A stretch of DNA of 64,000 nucleotides, from positions 5,793 to 69,792 of the forward strand of contig PWWP01000111.1 in the NCBI GenBank assembly GCA_003562075.1. Direction: 5' to 3'. Below are positions 43,265 to 53,280 of the stretch, in pieces. The stretch comes from Gemmatimonadota bacterium (lineage in GTDB: Bacteria; Gemmatimonadota; Gemmatimonadetes; Longimicrobiales; Gaopeijiaceae). The notes under the pieces are model-generated. The model searched no databases and was not told the origin of the DNA. It saw nothing but the letters and a program-made list of their open reading frames with translations. The stretch's first letter is position 1; each line of letters begins with the position of its first letter. The position numbers and the translations under genes are program-made.

Positions 43265-45946
43265 ATGAAGGCATCCGAAATTCGACGACGGTTCCTGGAT
43301 TATTTCCAGCTCCGGGGCCATGAACTCCGACCCAGTGGACCTCTGGTCCCAGGCGACGATCCCACCCTGCTGTTCACCAATGCGGGGATGGTCCAGTTCA
43401 AGGGCATCTTCCTCGGGCAGGAGAAGGTTGCCTATAAGCGGGCGGTTACCAGCCAGAAGTGCGTCCGGGCCGGCGGGAAGCACAACGATCTGGAGCAGGT
43501 GGGCCAGACGGCCCGGCATCACACTTTTTTCGAGATGCTGGGCAACTTCTCATTCGGCGACTACTTCAAGCGGGATGCCATCCACTTCGCCTGGGAGTTT
43601 CTGACCTCGGAGATGGGGCTGGATTCGGATCGTCTCTTCGTGACGGTCCACCATACCGACGATGAGGCCCATACCCTTTGGCAAGAGGTCACAGGGATCG
43701 ATTCCTCCCGGATCTACCGTCTGGGCGACCGGGACAACTTCTGGCAGATGGCCGATACCGGCCCCTGCGGACCCTGCTCCGAACTCCATTACGACCTCAG
43801 GCCGGAGGAGGAACGGGATGCCCCACCCACCCCCCGCTTCGAGGAGTTGGGTGAAGCCGGCCGGATCATCGAGCTCTGGAACCTGGTCTTCATGCAGTTC
43901 GACCGGGACGAGGAGGGGACGCTGCACCCTCTGCCCGCTCCTTCCATCGACACAGGACTGGGATTGGAGCGCCTGGCCGCCGTCATGCAAGGGGTCGATT
44001 CCAACTATCACACCGACCTCTTCATCTCCTTGTTGGAGGAAGTGGCTTCAGTGGTGGGGCGCCCCTATCAGGCCGAGACCCCGGAGGGGATGAGTTTTCG
44101 GGTCTTGGCCGACCACGCCCGGGCCGTGGCCTTCCTCCTGGCCGATGGCGTGTTTCCCGCAAATGATGGTCGCGGGTACGTCCTTCGTCGGATCCTCCGT
44201 CGGGGAGTCCGACACGCCTGGCTCGTGGGGCGGCGAGAGCCGACCTTGGTCCGGGTCGTGGAGAAGGTCATCCAACTCATGGGCCGAGCCTACCCTGAAT
44301 TGACGGAGCGTAAGGCTCTGATCGTCCAGACCACCCGATCTGAAGAGGAACGCTTCCTCACGACCATCGAAGGTGGACTGGCTCGTTTCGACGAGTTGGC
44401 ACCGGATCCGGAAGGGGAGGGGAATGGTGGAGCACCGCTGATCCCTGGTGACGAAGCCTTCAAGCTGTACGACACCTTCGGGTTCCCCCTGGATCTCACC
44501 GAGCTCATGGCTCGGGAGCGGGGCTACGAGGTCGATGTGGCAGGTTTCGAGGAAGCACTCAACCGACAACGGGCCCGAAGCAGAGCCGATCGGGAGGCCA
44601 GTGGAGCGGGTCTGCAGGAACACCAGACCCTGGAGGATTGGAAGGTTCTCACCGATGATCTGGACCAGCAGTGGGTAGGGTGGGATTCTACCGAAGTTGA
44701 AGCCCGCGTCGTGGCGGTCCAGGAGTCCTCGGGAGAGACTGGGCTGATCCTGGATCGGAATCCCTTCTATCTGGAGGCTGGAGGGCAGGTCTCGGATCGA
44801 GGGGTAGTGAGGGGAGAGGCTTGGACGCTCAGCGTGGAGCGAGTGGGACGGGTGGGGGATCTCACGGCCCTCTTCGGGTCGATGGAGGGGTCGCCGGAGT
44901 TGGAGTCGGATGGTGAGCTGCCGGTCGTCAGGGCCCAGGTCGACCAGGAGCTGAGGCATGACACCGAGCGGAACCACACCGTCACCCATCTATTGCACGC
45001 GGCCCTTCGGGACATTCTGGGCGAGCATGTGAGCCAGAGGGGATCGCTGGTTGCCCCGGACCGCCTTCGCTTTGACTTCTCCCACCCTGGACCCATGACG
45101 GCGGAAGAGGTGCAGGCGGTGGAATCGGCGGTGAACCGGGCGATCTGGGCGGACCATCCGGTCCACTGGGAGATCACCAGCCGGGAAGAGGCCACTCGGC
45201 GGGGAGCCATGGCCCTTTTTGGTGAGAAGTACGGTGATCAGGTCCGGGTGGTGGAGATCCCCGATCTGAGCCTGGAGCTGTGTGGAGGACCCCATCTCCG
45301 ACACACGGGAGAGGCGGGCCTCTTCACGATTCTGGGCGAGAGTGGAGTGGCTTCCGGGGTGCGGCGGATTGAAGCGGCTACCGGGCCCGGTGCCTACCGT
45401 CATCTCCGACATTCGGAGCAAACCCTCGATTCCCTCTCCCAGATTCTCCGGACTCCTCCAGAGAATCTGGAGAAACGGACCCAGCAGCTCCTCCAGGAGA
45501 AGGCAGAGCTGGAGAACCTCCTGGACGAAGTCCGACGGAGTGGAGGTGGATCTGGCGAGTCCGTGGTCCACGAAGCCCAGATTCCACTCCCTGGAGTGGA
45601 CGGAGAAGGCGTTCTCTATCGGGGCATCCAGATGAAGGTCAAGGACGCCGACGATGCCCGTGCATTCGGCGACAGCTTCAGAGAAGAGGAGTCGTCCGGT
45701 GTGGCGGTGGTGGCGTCCGAAACTCCCGATGGCAAGAATGCCCTTTTCGTATTCGTCACTGACGACCTCATCGGCCAGGGGGTCAGAGCCGGCGATCTGG
45801 TCCGGGAGATCGCCGGGATGGTCGGGGGGCGTGGTGGGGGAAGACCCCACATGGCCCAGGGGGGAGTGGAGGATCCGGATGGGATTCCAGAGGCCCTGGT
45901 TCGGGCGGAAGAGCTGGTCCGAAAGGCTCTGGAGTCCTCAGGATGA
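43265..45946 (+). CDS. alaS: Alanine-tRNA ligase
   Basis: 893 aa with FTNAGMVQFK and RHHTFFEMLGNFSFGDYFK. The editing-domain motif is HTVTHLLHAAL. The C-terminal DHHA1-like motif is GGGRPHMAQGG. Confidence 0.97.
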   Translation: MKASEIRRRFLDYFQLRGHELRPSGPLVPGDDPTLLFTNAGMVQFKGIFLGQEKVAYKRAVTSQKCVRAGGKHNDLEQVGQTARHHTFFEMLGNFSFGDYFKRDAIHFAWEFLTSEMGLDSDRLFVTVHHTDDEAHTLWQEVTGIDSSRIYRLGDRDNFWQMADTGPCGPCSELHYDLRPEEERDAPPTPRFEELGEAGRIIELWNLVFMQFDRDEEGTLHPLPAPSIDTGLGLERLAAVMQGVDSNYHTDLFISLLEEVASVVGRPYQAETPEGMSFRVLADHARAVAFLLADGVFPANDGRGYVLRRILRRGVRHAWLVGRREPTLVRVVEKVIQLMGRAYPELTERKALIVQTTRSEEERFLTTIEGGLARFDELAPDPEGEGNGGAPLIPGDEAFKLYDTFGFPLDLTELMARERGYEVDVAGFEEALNRQRARSRADREASGAGLQEHQTLEDWKVLTDDLDQQWVGWDSTEVEARVVAVQESSGETGLILDRNPFYLEAGGQVSDRGVVRGEAWTLSVERVGRVGDLTALFGSMEGSPELESDGELPVVRAQVDQELRHDTERNHTVTHLLHAALRDILGEHVSQRGSLVAPDRLRFDFSHPGPMTAEEVQAVESAVNRAIWADHPVHWEITSREEATRRGAMALFGEKYGDQVRVVEIPDLSLELCGGPHLRHTGEAGLFTILGESGVASGVRRIEAATGPGAYRHLRHSEQTLDSLSQILRTPPENLEKRTQQLLQEKAELENLLDEVRRSGGGSGESVVHEAQIPLPGVDGEGVLYRGIQMKVKDADDARAFGDSFREEESSGVAVVASETPDGKNALFVFVTDDLIGQGVRAGDLVREIAGMVGGRGGGRPHMAQGGVEDPDGIPEALVRAEELVRKALESSG

Positions 45947-46257
45947 AGGAGCCCGGTCCCTTCGAGAGACCGTTATCGGGAGCGAACTCCGGTGATTTTC
46001 CGTCCTCCTTGAGGGATTGGATGAGCACCTACGGATCCTCTTCCAGCCCGGCCTCGGCAGAGGAGAGCAGCCGCCTGGGGGTGGAAGCCCTGCGGTTTGT
46101 ATTGAGCCATCCCGGCCGGCACCGGAAGGCGGCCTTCGCTCTTCTGGCAGCCGATGCGTTCCTCACCCTGGCTTGTGGTCAGGCCGTGGAGACGGAGGAT
46201 CCGGAGGAGGCCATCCTCTCCATTCTGGATGAGGTGACCGGGTTGGAGGCTGAATGA
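45943..46257 (+). CDS. Hypothetical 104-aa protein translationally coupled to alaS and the downstream phosphatase
   Basis: ATGA overlaps occur at both ends (45943-45946 and 46254-46257). No recognisable motif. Confidence 0.4.
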   Translation: MKEPGPFERPLSGANSGDFPSSLRDWMSTYGSSSSPASAEESSRLGVEALRFVLSHPGRHRKAAFALLAADAFLTLACGQAVETEDPEEAILSILDEVTGLEAE

Positions 46258-47087
46258 TCGAGGGGGAGGGGCTGGGCCCAAGTGTGGATCTCCACTCTCA
46301 CCTGGTACCTGGGGTGGATGACGGGGCCGGGAGTGTGGATGACGCCCTCGAAGGGTTGAAGCGGATGCACGCCACAGGCATCTCAGTGGTGGTGACGACG
46401 CCCCATCTGGAGGGGAGCGTCACCCTCCTCCCTGAGCGCTTCAAGGTGCGTGTAGAGGAGTTCGATGAGGCTTTTCAGAGGCTCCTCGTCCGGATGGAGG
46501 ATGAGCTCCCCGGGATCGAGATTTCCCGAGCCAACGAGGTGGCTCTGGACCATCCAGAGCCGGACCTGACAGCACCGAGCCTCCGACTGGGAGAGGGGCA
46601 ATACGTCCTGGTGGAGTGGCCGAGACTTCGGGTGCCGTCCTCCAGCACCAGGGTTCTCCAACGGCTCTCGGAGCAGAATGTTGGACTTCTTCTGGCCCAT
46701 CCCGAGCGTTACCGGTTGGGAGATGGAGCCATGGCGAGAATGGCGGAGTGGAAGGAGGCCGGGGCTTGCTTTCAGGTGAACTACGGCTCCCTCGTGGGGG
46801 CCTACGGACCGGATGCCCGTCGGAGGGGCCTGGAGCTTCTGGCCCGCGGCTGGGTCGACTGTCTGGCCACCGACTTCCATGGCCGTCCGGCTCTCCGACT
46901 CTTCATCAGCGAGGCCATGGAGGGCATCCTGGATCGAGGAGAAGAGAGGGAGGACAGTGTGGAGGTCTGGCGTCTCCTGACCCGGACCAACCCAGAACGG
47001 ATTTTCCGGGGTGAGGTCCCAGCTCCGGTGCGTCCTCTGGGACGAGGAGAGGGAATCTGGCAGCGACTCACATCTCTCTTCCGGTAG
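46254..47087 (+). CDS. PHP-family (CpsB/YwqE-like) metal-dependent protein-tyrosine phosphatase
   Basis: N-terminal VDLHSHLVPGVDDGA and later LAHPERY and DFHG motifs are typical of CpsB-type PHP phosphatases. Confidence 0.7.
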   Translation: MIEGEGLGPSVDLHSHLVPGVDDGAGSVDDALEGLKRMHATGISVVVTTPHLEGSVTLLPERFKVRVEEFDEAFQRLLVRMEDELPGIEISRANEVALDHPEPDLTAPSLRLGEGQYVLVEWPRLRVPSSSTRVLQRLSEQNVGLLLAHPERYRLGDGAMARMAEWKEAGACFQVNYGSLVGAYGPDARRRGLELLARGWVDCLATDFHGRPALRLFISEAMEGILDRGEEREDSVEVWRLLTRTNPERIFRGEVPAPVRPLGRGEGIWQRLTSLFR

Positions 47088-47552
47088 ATGCCCAACGTAC
47101 TGGAAGAATCGAATCCGAAAGAGGAAGGGTGCGGAGTGGGAAACGAGGAAATTGAAGGAATCATCGAGGTTCTCCGGGAGGGACGTCGCCGGGAGAAGGG
47201 GCAGAGCCCCTTCTACCGGAGGCTGGCCGCTGCCGCCGAAGAAGCAGGTAGGCCGGATGATGTGGAGCGTCTGAACGAACTCCTGGCTGACGAGCAGCAC
47301 CATCTCTCTCGCCTCACGGCTCGGCTCATGGAGCTTGGTGACCGACCTCCGGATCTGAAGCCGGTGAAGGGCCCGACCAATCTGGATGGGTGGGAGGCGG
47401 AAGCCCGGGCTCGGGAGGCCGGTGAGGTAGCCTTCTACAAAGGGGCTCTGGCCAGACAGTTGGACGGCCAGACCCGGCAGATTCTACAAGAGATTCTCCA
47501 CTCGGAGCGGCAGCACAGGGAACAACTCCGGGGAAAATGGATGTCAGCATGA
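47088..47552 (+). CDS. Ferritin-like (rubrerythrin-type di-iron) helical protein
   Basis: 154 aa, helical, with two ExxH motifs (DEQHH and SERQH) spaced as in four-helix-bundle di-iron proteins. Confidence 0.5.
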   Translation: MPNVLEESNPKEEGCGVGNEEIEGIIEVLREGRRREKGQSPFYRRLAAAAEEAGRPDDVERLNELLADEQHHLSRLTARLMELGDRPPDLKPVKGPTNLDGWEAEARAREAGEVAFYKGALARQLDGQTRQILQEILHSERQHREQLRGKWMSA

Positions 47553-48316
47553 CTCCCGGAGTGTTGGACCTCAGCAATCGGCGGGTTCTGGTGACGGGAG
47601 GCTCCCGGGGCATCGGTCGAGCTGTTGCCCTCCTCATGGCTCGAGCCGGGGCCAGCGTTGGGATCTCCTATCGGTCCCGGTCGGAGGATGCCGACGCGGT
47701 GGTGAAGGAAATCCGAGGAATGGGCCGAAAGGGTTGGGCCATGGGAGGTGATCTGACCTCTCCCGAGGAGGTCCAGCGACTCTTCCAACATGCCCGGGAA
47801 AGCTTCGGTGGGGTCGACGTAGTGGTCGGAAACCACGGGATCTGGCCTGCCGCCGACATCTCTCTGGCTGAGATGGAGTTGGACCATTGGCGTCGGACGC
47901 TTCAGGTGAACCTGGAGAGCATCTTCCTCCTGGCGCGCGAATCAGCCCGAAACCTGACCGATGGAGGGGGACTCATCCTCGTGAGCTCCACCGCGGCTCA
48001 GCGGGGTGAGCCCTTTCACGGGGATTATGCGGCGTCCAAGGGAGGGATCAACGCCCTGGTGAAGGGGCTTTCGGTGGAGTTGGGAGGCCGCGGGATCACG
48101 GTGAACGCCGTGGCACCGGGATGGGTCGACACTGAGATGACGGAACAGGTCCTGACGGGTGCAGCGCGACGGGAGGCCTTGGCCGGGATTCCCCTGGGCC
48201 GGATCGCCACCGCCGAGGACGTGGCCGGACCCATCGCGTTTCTGGCTTCACCGCTGGGTCGGCACATCACCGGGGAGGTCCTGAACGTGAATGGTGGCTC
48301 CGTACGACCCGGATGA
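47537..48316 (+). CDS. Short-chain dehydrogenase/reductase (FabG-like)
   Basis: Motifs VLVTGGSRGIG (TGxxxGxG) and catalytic YAASKGG (YxxxK) are present, plus NVNGG near the C-terminus. Confidence 0.85.
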   Translation: MDVSMTPGVLDLSNRRVLVTGGSRGIGRAVALLMARAGASVGISYRSRSEDADAVVKEIRGMGRKGWAMGGDLTSPEEVQRLFQHARESFGGVDVVVGNHGIWPAADISLAEMELDHWRRTLQVNLESIFLLARESARNLTDGGGLILVSSTAAQRGEPFHGDYAASKGGINALVKGLSVELGGRGITVNAVAPGWVDTEMTEQVLTGAARREALAGIPLGRIATAEDVAGPIAFLASPLGRHITGEVLNVNGGSVRPG

Positions 48317-49815
48317 TGGAACTCAGTCCTCCTGGTGCCGTCCGATGGATCTGCAGGACGCTGGAGGAGGCCGGGTTCGAGACCTGGGCAGTTGGGGGAG
48401 CGGTTCGAGACGCCCTGGCGGGGATCCCCAGCGGCGATTGGGACCTGACGACCTCGGCTCGACCCGGCCAGATCCGCCGGATCTTCCCTCGAACCGTCCC
48501 TATCGGAGTGGAGCATGGAACGGTGGGAATCCTGGCTCGAGACGGCACCTTGTTCGAGGTGACCACCTTCCGCCGGGACGTCCAGACCACGGGGCGCCAC
48601 GCCGTGGTGGCCTTCTCCGACTCCCTGGACGAGGATCTGGCCCGGAGGGATTTCACCATCAACGCTGTGGCCTGGCATCCCCTCCGGAAGGTCATGTACG
48701 ACCCTTTTTCCGGGGTTGCGGACATGGAGGCCCGGTGTCTGCAGACCGTAGGAGAGGCCCGGGTCCGGTTCGCCGAAGATTACCTTCGCATTCTCCGGGC
48801 TCTTCGGTTTGCCGGGGTCTTCCAGCTCACGGTGACGTCAGAGACCTGGTCGGCGCTGGTGGAAGCCGTTCCTCGGATGGGGCAGCTGTCAGCCGAGCGA
48901 ATCCGGGAGGAAATGGAGAAGATCCTGACGGGTCACGCTCAGCCCTCGACTTCCCTCTCTCTTTACGCCGCTTCCGGCGTCCTGGCCTTCTTCTACCCTG
49001 AGTTGGATAGGCTGGTGGGGCTCCCCCATCCGCCGGAGACGAGGATGTGGGACGTCGACGATGGGGAGGCCCGGGTCGATGGTCATGGCCAACCCCATGA
49101 GCATGGTCAGGCCCACGAGAATGACAGGGAGGGAGGCGCCGTACGGTCCGGGGACGTCTGGAGCCACGCCCTCCGAACAGTGGACCTTCTCCCCCGCCAC
49201 CGCCCCGCCCTCCGCTGGGCCGCGCTGTTGGCCGGGATAGGGATTCCGGAAGAGGATCAGGGGGCCGGAGAAGTGGGAGAGGAGGAGGGGCGCCGTACTC
49301 TGCTCCGCTCGGCGGCTGTCCTCCGTCGGCTTCGCTCCTCCAACGCCCGAATCCAGGAAGTCGGGGGACTGGCGGAGTGGATTGGTCGGCCTCCCGATCC
49401 CAGTGCTTCGGATGCCGGCCTGAGGCGCTGGCTTTCTCAGGTGGGTCGGGACCGACTCCCGGACCTCCTTCGCATCTGGATTGCCGAGGCCCGCTCGGAT
49501 CGACTCCTGCGTGCGGCCCCGGAGAAAGGACCCCAGGGCTGGAAGGTGGAGGAACTGCGACGTCTGGCCCGCCGGTTGCGTGGACTCTCGTCCATGGAGT
49601 TCCCCCTGAGCACCGGAGAGCTGGCCTTCTCAGGACGGGACCTGATTCGGATGGGCCATCGACCGGGTCCGCACTTTGGCCAGCTTCTTGACCATCTTCT
49701 GGAGATGGTGCTCCAAGATCCGGAGCTGAATACGTCGGAGGCGCTGACCCTGGAGGCGAAGAGGTGGATGAAGGACTGGGAAGCCCGGGAAGGGGCATCT
49801 GCCGAGGGGCGATGA
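48313..49815 (+). CDS. tRNA nucleotidyltransferase (CCA-adding)/poly(A) polymerase family with HD-like domain
   Basis: Motifs GGAVRDALAG, DWDLTT, RRDFTINA and ILRALRFA are present. The downstream HD-like region carries a His-rich insertion. Confidence 0.8.
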   Translation: MMELSPPGAVRWICRTLEEAGFETWAVGGAVRDALAGIPSGDWDLTTSARPGQIRRIFPRTVPIGVEHGTVGILARDGTLFEVTTFRRDVQTTGRHAVVAFSDSLDEDLARRDFTINAVAWHPLRKVMYDPFSGVADMEARCLQTVGEARVRFAEDYLRILRALRFAGVFQLTVTSETWSALVEAVPRMGQLSAERIREEMEKILTGHAQPSTSLSLYAASGVLAFFYPELDRLVGLPHPPETRMWDVDDGEARVDGHGQPHEHGQAHENDREGGAVRSGDVWSHALRTVDLLPRHRPALRWAALLAGIGIPEEDQGAGEVGEEEGRRTLLRSAAVLRRLRSSNARIQEVGGLAEWIGRPPDPSASDAGLRRWLSQVGRDRLPDLLRIWIAEARSDRLLRAAPEKGPQGWKVEELRRLARRLRGLSSMEFPLSTGELAFSGRDLIRMGHRPGPHFGQLLDHLLEMVLQDPELNTSEALTLEAKRWMKDWEAREGASAEGR

Positions 49816-49819
49816 GACC

Positions 49820-51427
49820 ATGACACCTGGAGACGAGGAGTTGGGGCTTTTCGGACCCGACGATCTGGACGATCCCCGTGAGCCGAGGGGGGAGCCCGCT
49901 GGTCGTCAGGGTGCATCGAGTGAGGTGTCGAAGGCCGGTTCCAGTCAGGAGCCGGGGGGCGGGACAGGCCGGGATCAAGGCGCCAGGAGGGGAGGCAGAG
50001 AACCTCTCCCGGCCCGGATGCGACCCCGTGAGTTGGCCGAAGTCCGAGGCCAGGATCACCTCCTGGCGCCCGACCGTCCCCTGGGCCAGATGCTTCGGGG
50101 AGGTGCACTCTCCTCCTGTATTCTCTGGGGACCTCCGGGGAGCGGAAAGACGACGCTCGCGCGGCTTCTGGCACACCATGCCAATGCGGCCTTTGTCTCC
50201 TTCTCCGCTGTCACCGAGGGGGTAGCCCGGGTCCGGGAGATCATTGAGGAAGCCCGGGTTCGGCTCCAGGTTTCGGGCCGACAAACGATCCTCTTCTGCG
50301 ATGAGATCCACCGGTTCAATCGAGCACAGCAGGATGCCTTCCTCCCGCACGTGGAGGACGGGACCATCATCCTCATTGGAGCGACGACGGAGAATCCATC
50401 CTTCGAGGTGAACCGGCCCCTCCTCTCTCGGGCCCCCGTATTCATCCTGAATCCGCTGGAGGCAAGCGCTATCCAGGAGATTCTGGAGGATGCGCTCGTC
50501 GATGCGGATCGGGGGGTTGGGGCCATGGGCATCCAGTGGGAACCTGAGGCTCTGGAGTTCCTGGCGCAGGGAGCGGACGGAGATGCCCGCCGAGCACTCG
50601 GTGCGCTGGAAGCTGCCACCCGGTTGGTGGTGGATTCGGGAGGAACGCTGACGCCGGAGGTGGCCCAGGAAGCCCTTCAGCACCGATTTGCCATCTACGA
50701 TAAATCCGGGGAAGAGCACTACAACCTCATCTCGGCTCTCCACAAGAGTATCCGCGGAAGCGATCCGGACGCCACGCTCTACTGGCTGGCCCGGATGCTC
50801 CGTGGGGGAGAGGATCCCCTCTATCTTTGTCGGAGACTCATCCGGATGGCGGTGGAGGATATCGGACTGGCAGACCCGGACGCACTGAAGGCCACGGTCT
50901 CAGCATGGCAGGCCTACCACTTCCTGGGATCCCCGGAGGGGGAGCTGGCTCTGGCCCAGGCGGCGGTTCACCTGGCCACGGCGCCCAAGTCCAACCGAGT
51001 CTATGCAGGGTGGAAAGCCGCTGTGAGAGCGGCCTCTGAGAGTGCTTCCGCTCCTGTTCCCCTCCACCTCCGGAACGCGCCGACCCGCGAGATGAAGGAG
51101 TGGGGTTACGGGAAGGGTTATCGGTACGATCCTGATGAGGAAAAGGGCGTGGCGAACCAGGAGTATCTTCCACAAGAGGTACATGACACCCGGTTCTACG
51201 AGCCGGGACCCTATGGCTTCGAACGAGAGATCAGAAAACGATTGGATTGGTGGGCGCGCCACCGAGGGGCCGAGATGGAGAGGGAGACGGAAACCTCGAG
51301 TCCCGGACCCCAGAAGCACGCTTCTGATTCGCCAGGGATGGAGGGTGAGTCGGGAAGGAAGCCTGCGCAGGGGAACGAGAGCCAGGGTGGGAAAAAGCCG
51401 GGACACCCTTCCGCCCCGGACGGGTAG
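49820..51427 (+). CDS. rarA: Replication-associated recombination protein A (AAA+ ATPase)
   Basis: Motifs WGPPGSGKTTLARLLA, LFCDEIHRFNRAQQDAFLPHVEDG and HYNLISALHKSIRGSD are present. There are extra low-complexity N- and C-terminal extensions. Confidence 0.9.
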   Translation: MTPGDEELGLFGPDDLDDPREPRGEPAGRQGASSEVSKAGSSQEPGGGTGRDQGARRGGREPLPARMRPRELAEVRGQDHLLAPDRPLGQMLRGGALSSCILWGPPGSGKTTLARLLAHHANAAFVSFSAVTEGVARVREIIEEARVRLQVSGRQTILFCDEIHRFNRAQQDAFLPHVEDGTIILIGATTENPSFEVNRPLLSRAPVFILNPLEASAIQEILEDALVDADRGVGAMGIQWEPEALEFLAQGADGDARRALGALEAATRLVVDSGGTLTPEVAQEALQHRFAIYDKSGEEHYNLISALHKSIRGSDPDATLYWLARMLRGGEDPLYLCRRLIRMAVEDIGLADPDALKATVSAWQAYHFLGSPEGELALAQAAVHLATAPKSNRVYAGWKAAVRAASESASAPVPLHLRNAPTREMKEWGYGKGYRYDPDEEKGVANQEYLPQEVHDTRFYEPGPYGFEREIRKRLDWWARHRGAEMERETETSSPGPQKHASDSPGMEGESGRKPAQGNESQGGKKPGHPSAPDG

Positions 51428-51435
51428 AAGAATCC

Positions 51436-51906
51436 ATGGACCGACTAACCAGGCCGGTGAGTCTCCCGGCTCTTCTGATCTTTGTCGTGTGGTTGGGGGG
51501 CTGTACCGCCTTCTACCAGGCGCCGGAGGTGACCATCACCGACGTTCGGATCGTCGGGCTTGGTCTGAGCGCCGGCACGGCCGAGATCCATTTGGAGGTG
51601 GACAACCCGAACTTCTACCAACTGGAGGTCCGGCGCTTCCAGTATCTTCTGGAGGTGGAGGGTCGGAACTCCAACTGGAGCCCCCTGGCCGAGGGGGTCA
51701 CAGCTGACACCGTCCGTCTGCCGCGAAGAAGCCGGGAGGATGTCCGGCTCCAAGTGCCCTTCCGTTACGATGCGGTGGGCACCGCGGTTCGGAATTGGTG
51801 GGAAACCGGTGCCATGAACTATCGGGTCCAGGGAGAGATCCTGGCCCGAGGACCCATGGGGGAGAGAGAGCTCCCCTTCCGGGCCTCGGGGAGCATGACT
51901 CCCTGA
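51436..51906 (+). CDS. LEA type 2 (Lea14/NDR1-like) lipoprotein
   Basis: The lipobox is VVWLGGC. It is followed by VTITDVRIVGLGLSAGTAEIHLEVDNPNFYQLEV, typical of LEA_2 beta-sandwich proteins. Confidence 0.6.
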   Translation: MDRLTRPVSLPALLIFVVWLGGCTAFYQAPEVTITDVRIVGLGLSAGTAEIHLEVDNPNFYQLEVRRFQYLLEVEGRNSNWSPLAEGVTADTVRLPRRSREDVRLQVPFRYDAVGTAVRNWWETGAMNYRVQGEILARGPMGERELPFRASGSMTP

Positions 51907-51951
51907 AGCAAAGAGAACCCTCTACAGAGGAAGGGAACGATTCCTACCCAG

Positions 51952-53250
51952 TTGTTGGATAATCGAAATCCGGTGGAACGGGCGGTCCTGGTGGGTGCAC
52001 CTCTTCGGCAGGTGGATGCCCGTGTGGTGGACGAGCACATGGAGGAGTTGGAGCGCCTCACCGACACGGCCGGTGGACAGGTCGTAGGTACACTGATTCA
52101 GCGGATCGAGGCTCCAACCCCCCAGACCTACATCGGGAAGGGCAAGGTGGAGGAGCTCCGTCAGCTAACGGTAGAGACCGAGGCGGATCTGGTCATCTTC
52201 GACGAGGAGTTGAAGCCCGATCAGGCCAAGAACCTGGAGCAGGCGCTGGACGTTCGGATCATGGATCGCTCCGAGCTCATCCTGGACATCTTCGCGTCCC
52301 GCGCTCGAACCCGGGAGGCCAAGCTTCAGGTGGAGCTTGCCCAGCTGGAATACCTTCTGCCTCGACTCCAGCGGATGTGGACCCACCTCTCCCGGATCCG
52401 AGGTGGAATCGGGCTGCGAGGGCCCGGTGAGACGCAGCTGGAGACAGATCGACGCCTCATCGGGAAGCGGATCGCTGATCTGAAGAAGAAGCTCCGGTCG
52501 GTGGCCGAGGCCCGGGCTGTACAGCGTAAGGGGCGGATCGGCGAGTATCGCGTGGCTCTGGTGGGCTACACGAACGCCGGGAAGTCGTCTATCCTTCGAG
52601 CCCTCTCTGGTTCGGATCTGTTCGTGGAGGATCGGCTCTTTGCCACCCTGGACTCGGCGACCCGGAGTGTGGAGCTGGGGGGAAGCCATCAGGCTCTGGT
52701 CACTGATACGGTGGGGTTCATCCGGAAGCTTACCCATCACCTGGTTGCTTCCTTTCGTTCCACCTTGGAGGAGGCCCGGGAGGCGGATCTGGTGATTCAC
52801 GTCATCGATGCTTCCCACCCCGACTGGGAGGAGCAGAAGGAGGTGGTTGACCAGGTCCTCCAGGATCTGGAGCTGGACCGGGTAGATCAAGTCCTGGTCT
52901 TCAACAAAGTGGACCGCCTCACCCACGGAGAGGAAGAGGTGGTTCGCGAGCGGGTCCGAGCCCATGAACGAACACCGGCCGTCTTCAGCTCCGCTCTGGA
53001 GAAGGATGGCCTGGACGCCTTGAGAGAGACCCTTCTGGCGCGGGTCAGAAATCGGTATCCCCGAATGAGGGTGATGCTGCCGGCCTCGGAAGGTGAGATC
53101 CTTGCGGCCCTCCATCGCGAAGGGGAGGTTCTGGAGGTGAAGCGGAACGGGGTCCGGTTGGAGGTGACGGCCCGGATTCCCCGTGCGCTCATCGGTCGCC
53201 TCCGGGACGAGGCGGGAGTCAAGGTAGAGGAGCTCATCGGTACGGGCTGA
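51952..53250 (+). CDS. hflX: GTPase HflX
   Basis: TTG start. G1 is GYTNAGKSSIL, G3 is DTVGFI and G4 is NKVD. The HflX N-terminal domain pattern is present. Confidence 0.95.
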   Translation: MLDNRNPVERAVLVGAPLRQVDARVVDEHMEELERLTDTAGGQVVGTLIQRIEAPTPQTYIGKGKVEELRQLTVETEADLVIFDEELKPDQAKNLEQALDVRIMDRSELILDIFASRARTREAKLQVELAQLEYLLPRLQRMWTHLSRIRGGIGLRGPGETQLETDRRLIGKRIADLKKKLRSVAEARAVQRKGRIGEYRVALVGYTNAGKSSILRALSGSDLFVEDRLFATLDSATRSVELGGSHQALVTDTVGFIRKLTHHLVASFRSTLEEAREADLVIHVIDASHPDWEEQKEVVDQVLQDLELDRVDQVLVFNKVDRLTHGEEEVVRERVRAHERTPAVFSSALEKDGLDALRETLLARVRNRYPRMRVMLPASEGEILAALHREGEVLEVKRNGVRLEVTARIPRALIGRLRDEAGVKVEELIGTG

Positions 53251-53280
53251 GAAGACGCCGAACGGGGGAGGTGATGGGAG

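Noticed and set aside
48827-50743. 638-aa minus-strand ORF. Other large shadow ORFs of the same kind are 54372..55820, 13831..15273, 24636..25733 and 44048..44989.
   Set aside because: They are antisense to recognised genes (CCA enzyme/rarA, pdxJ/UPF0104, M16, the mutase, alaS). All show high-GC shadow composition.
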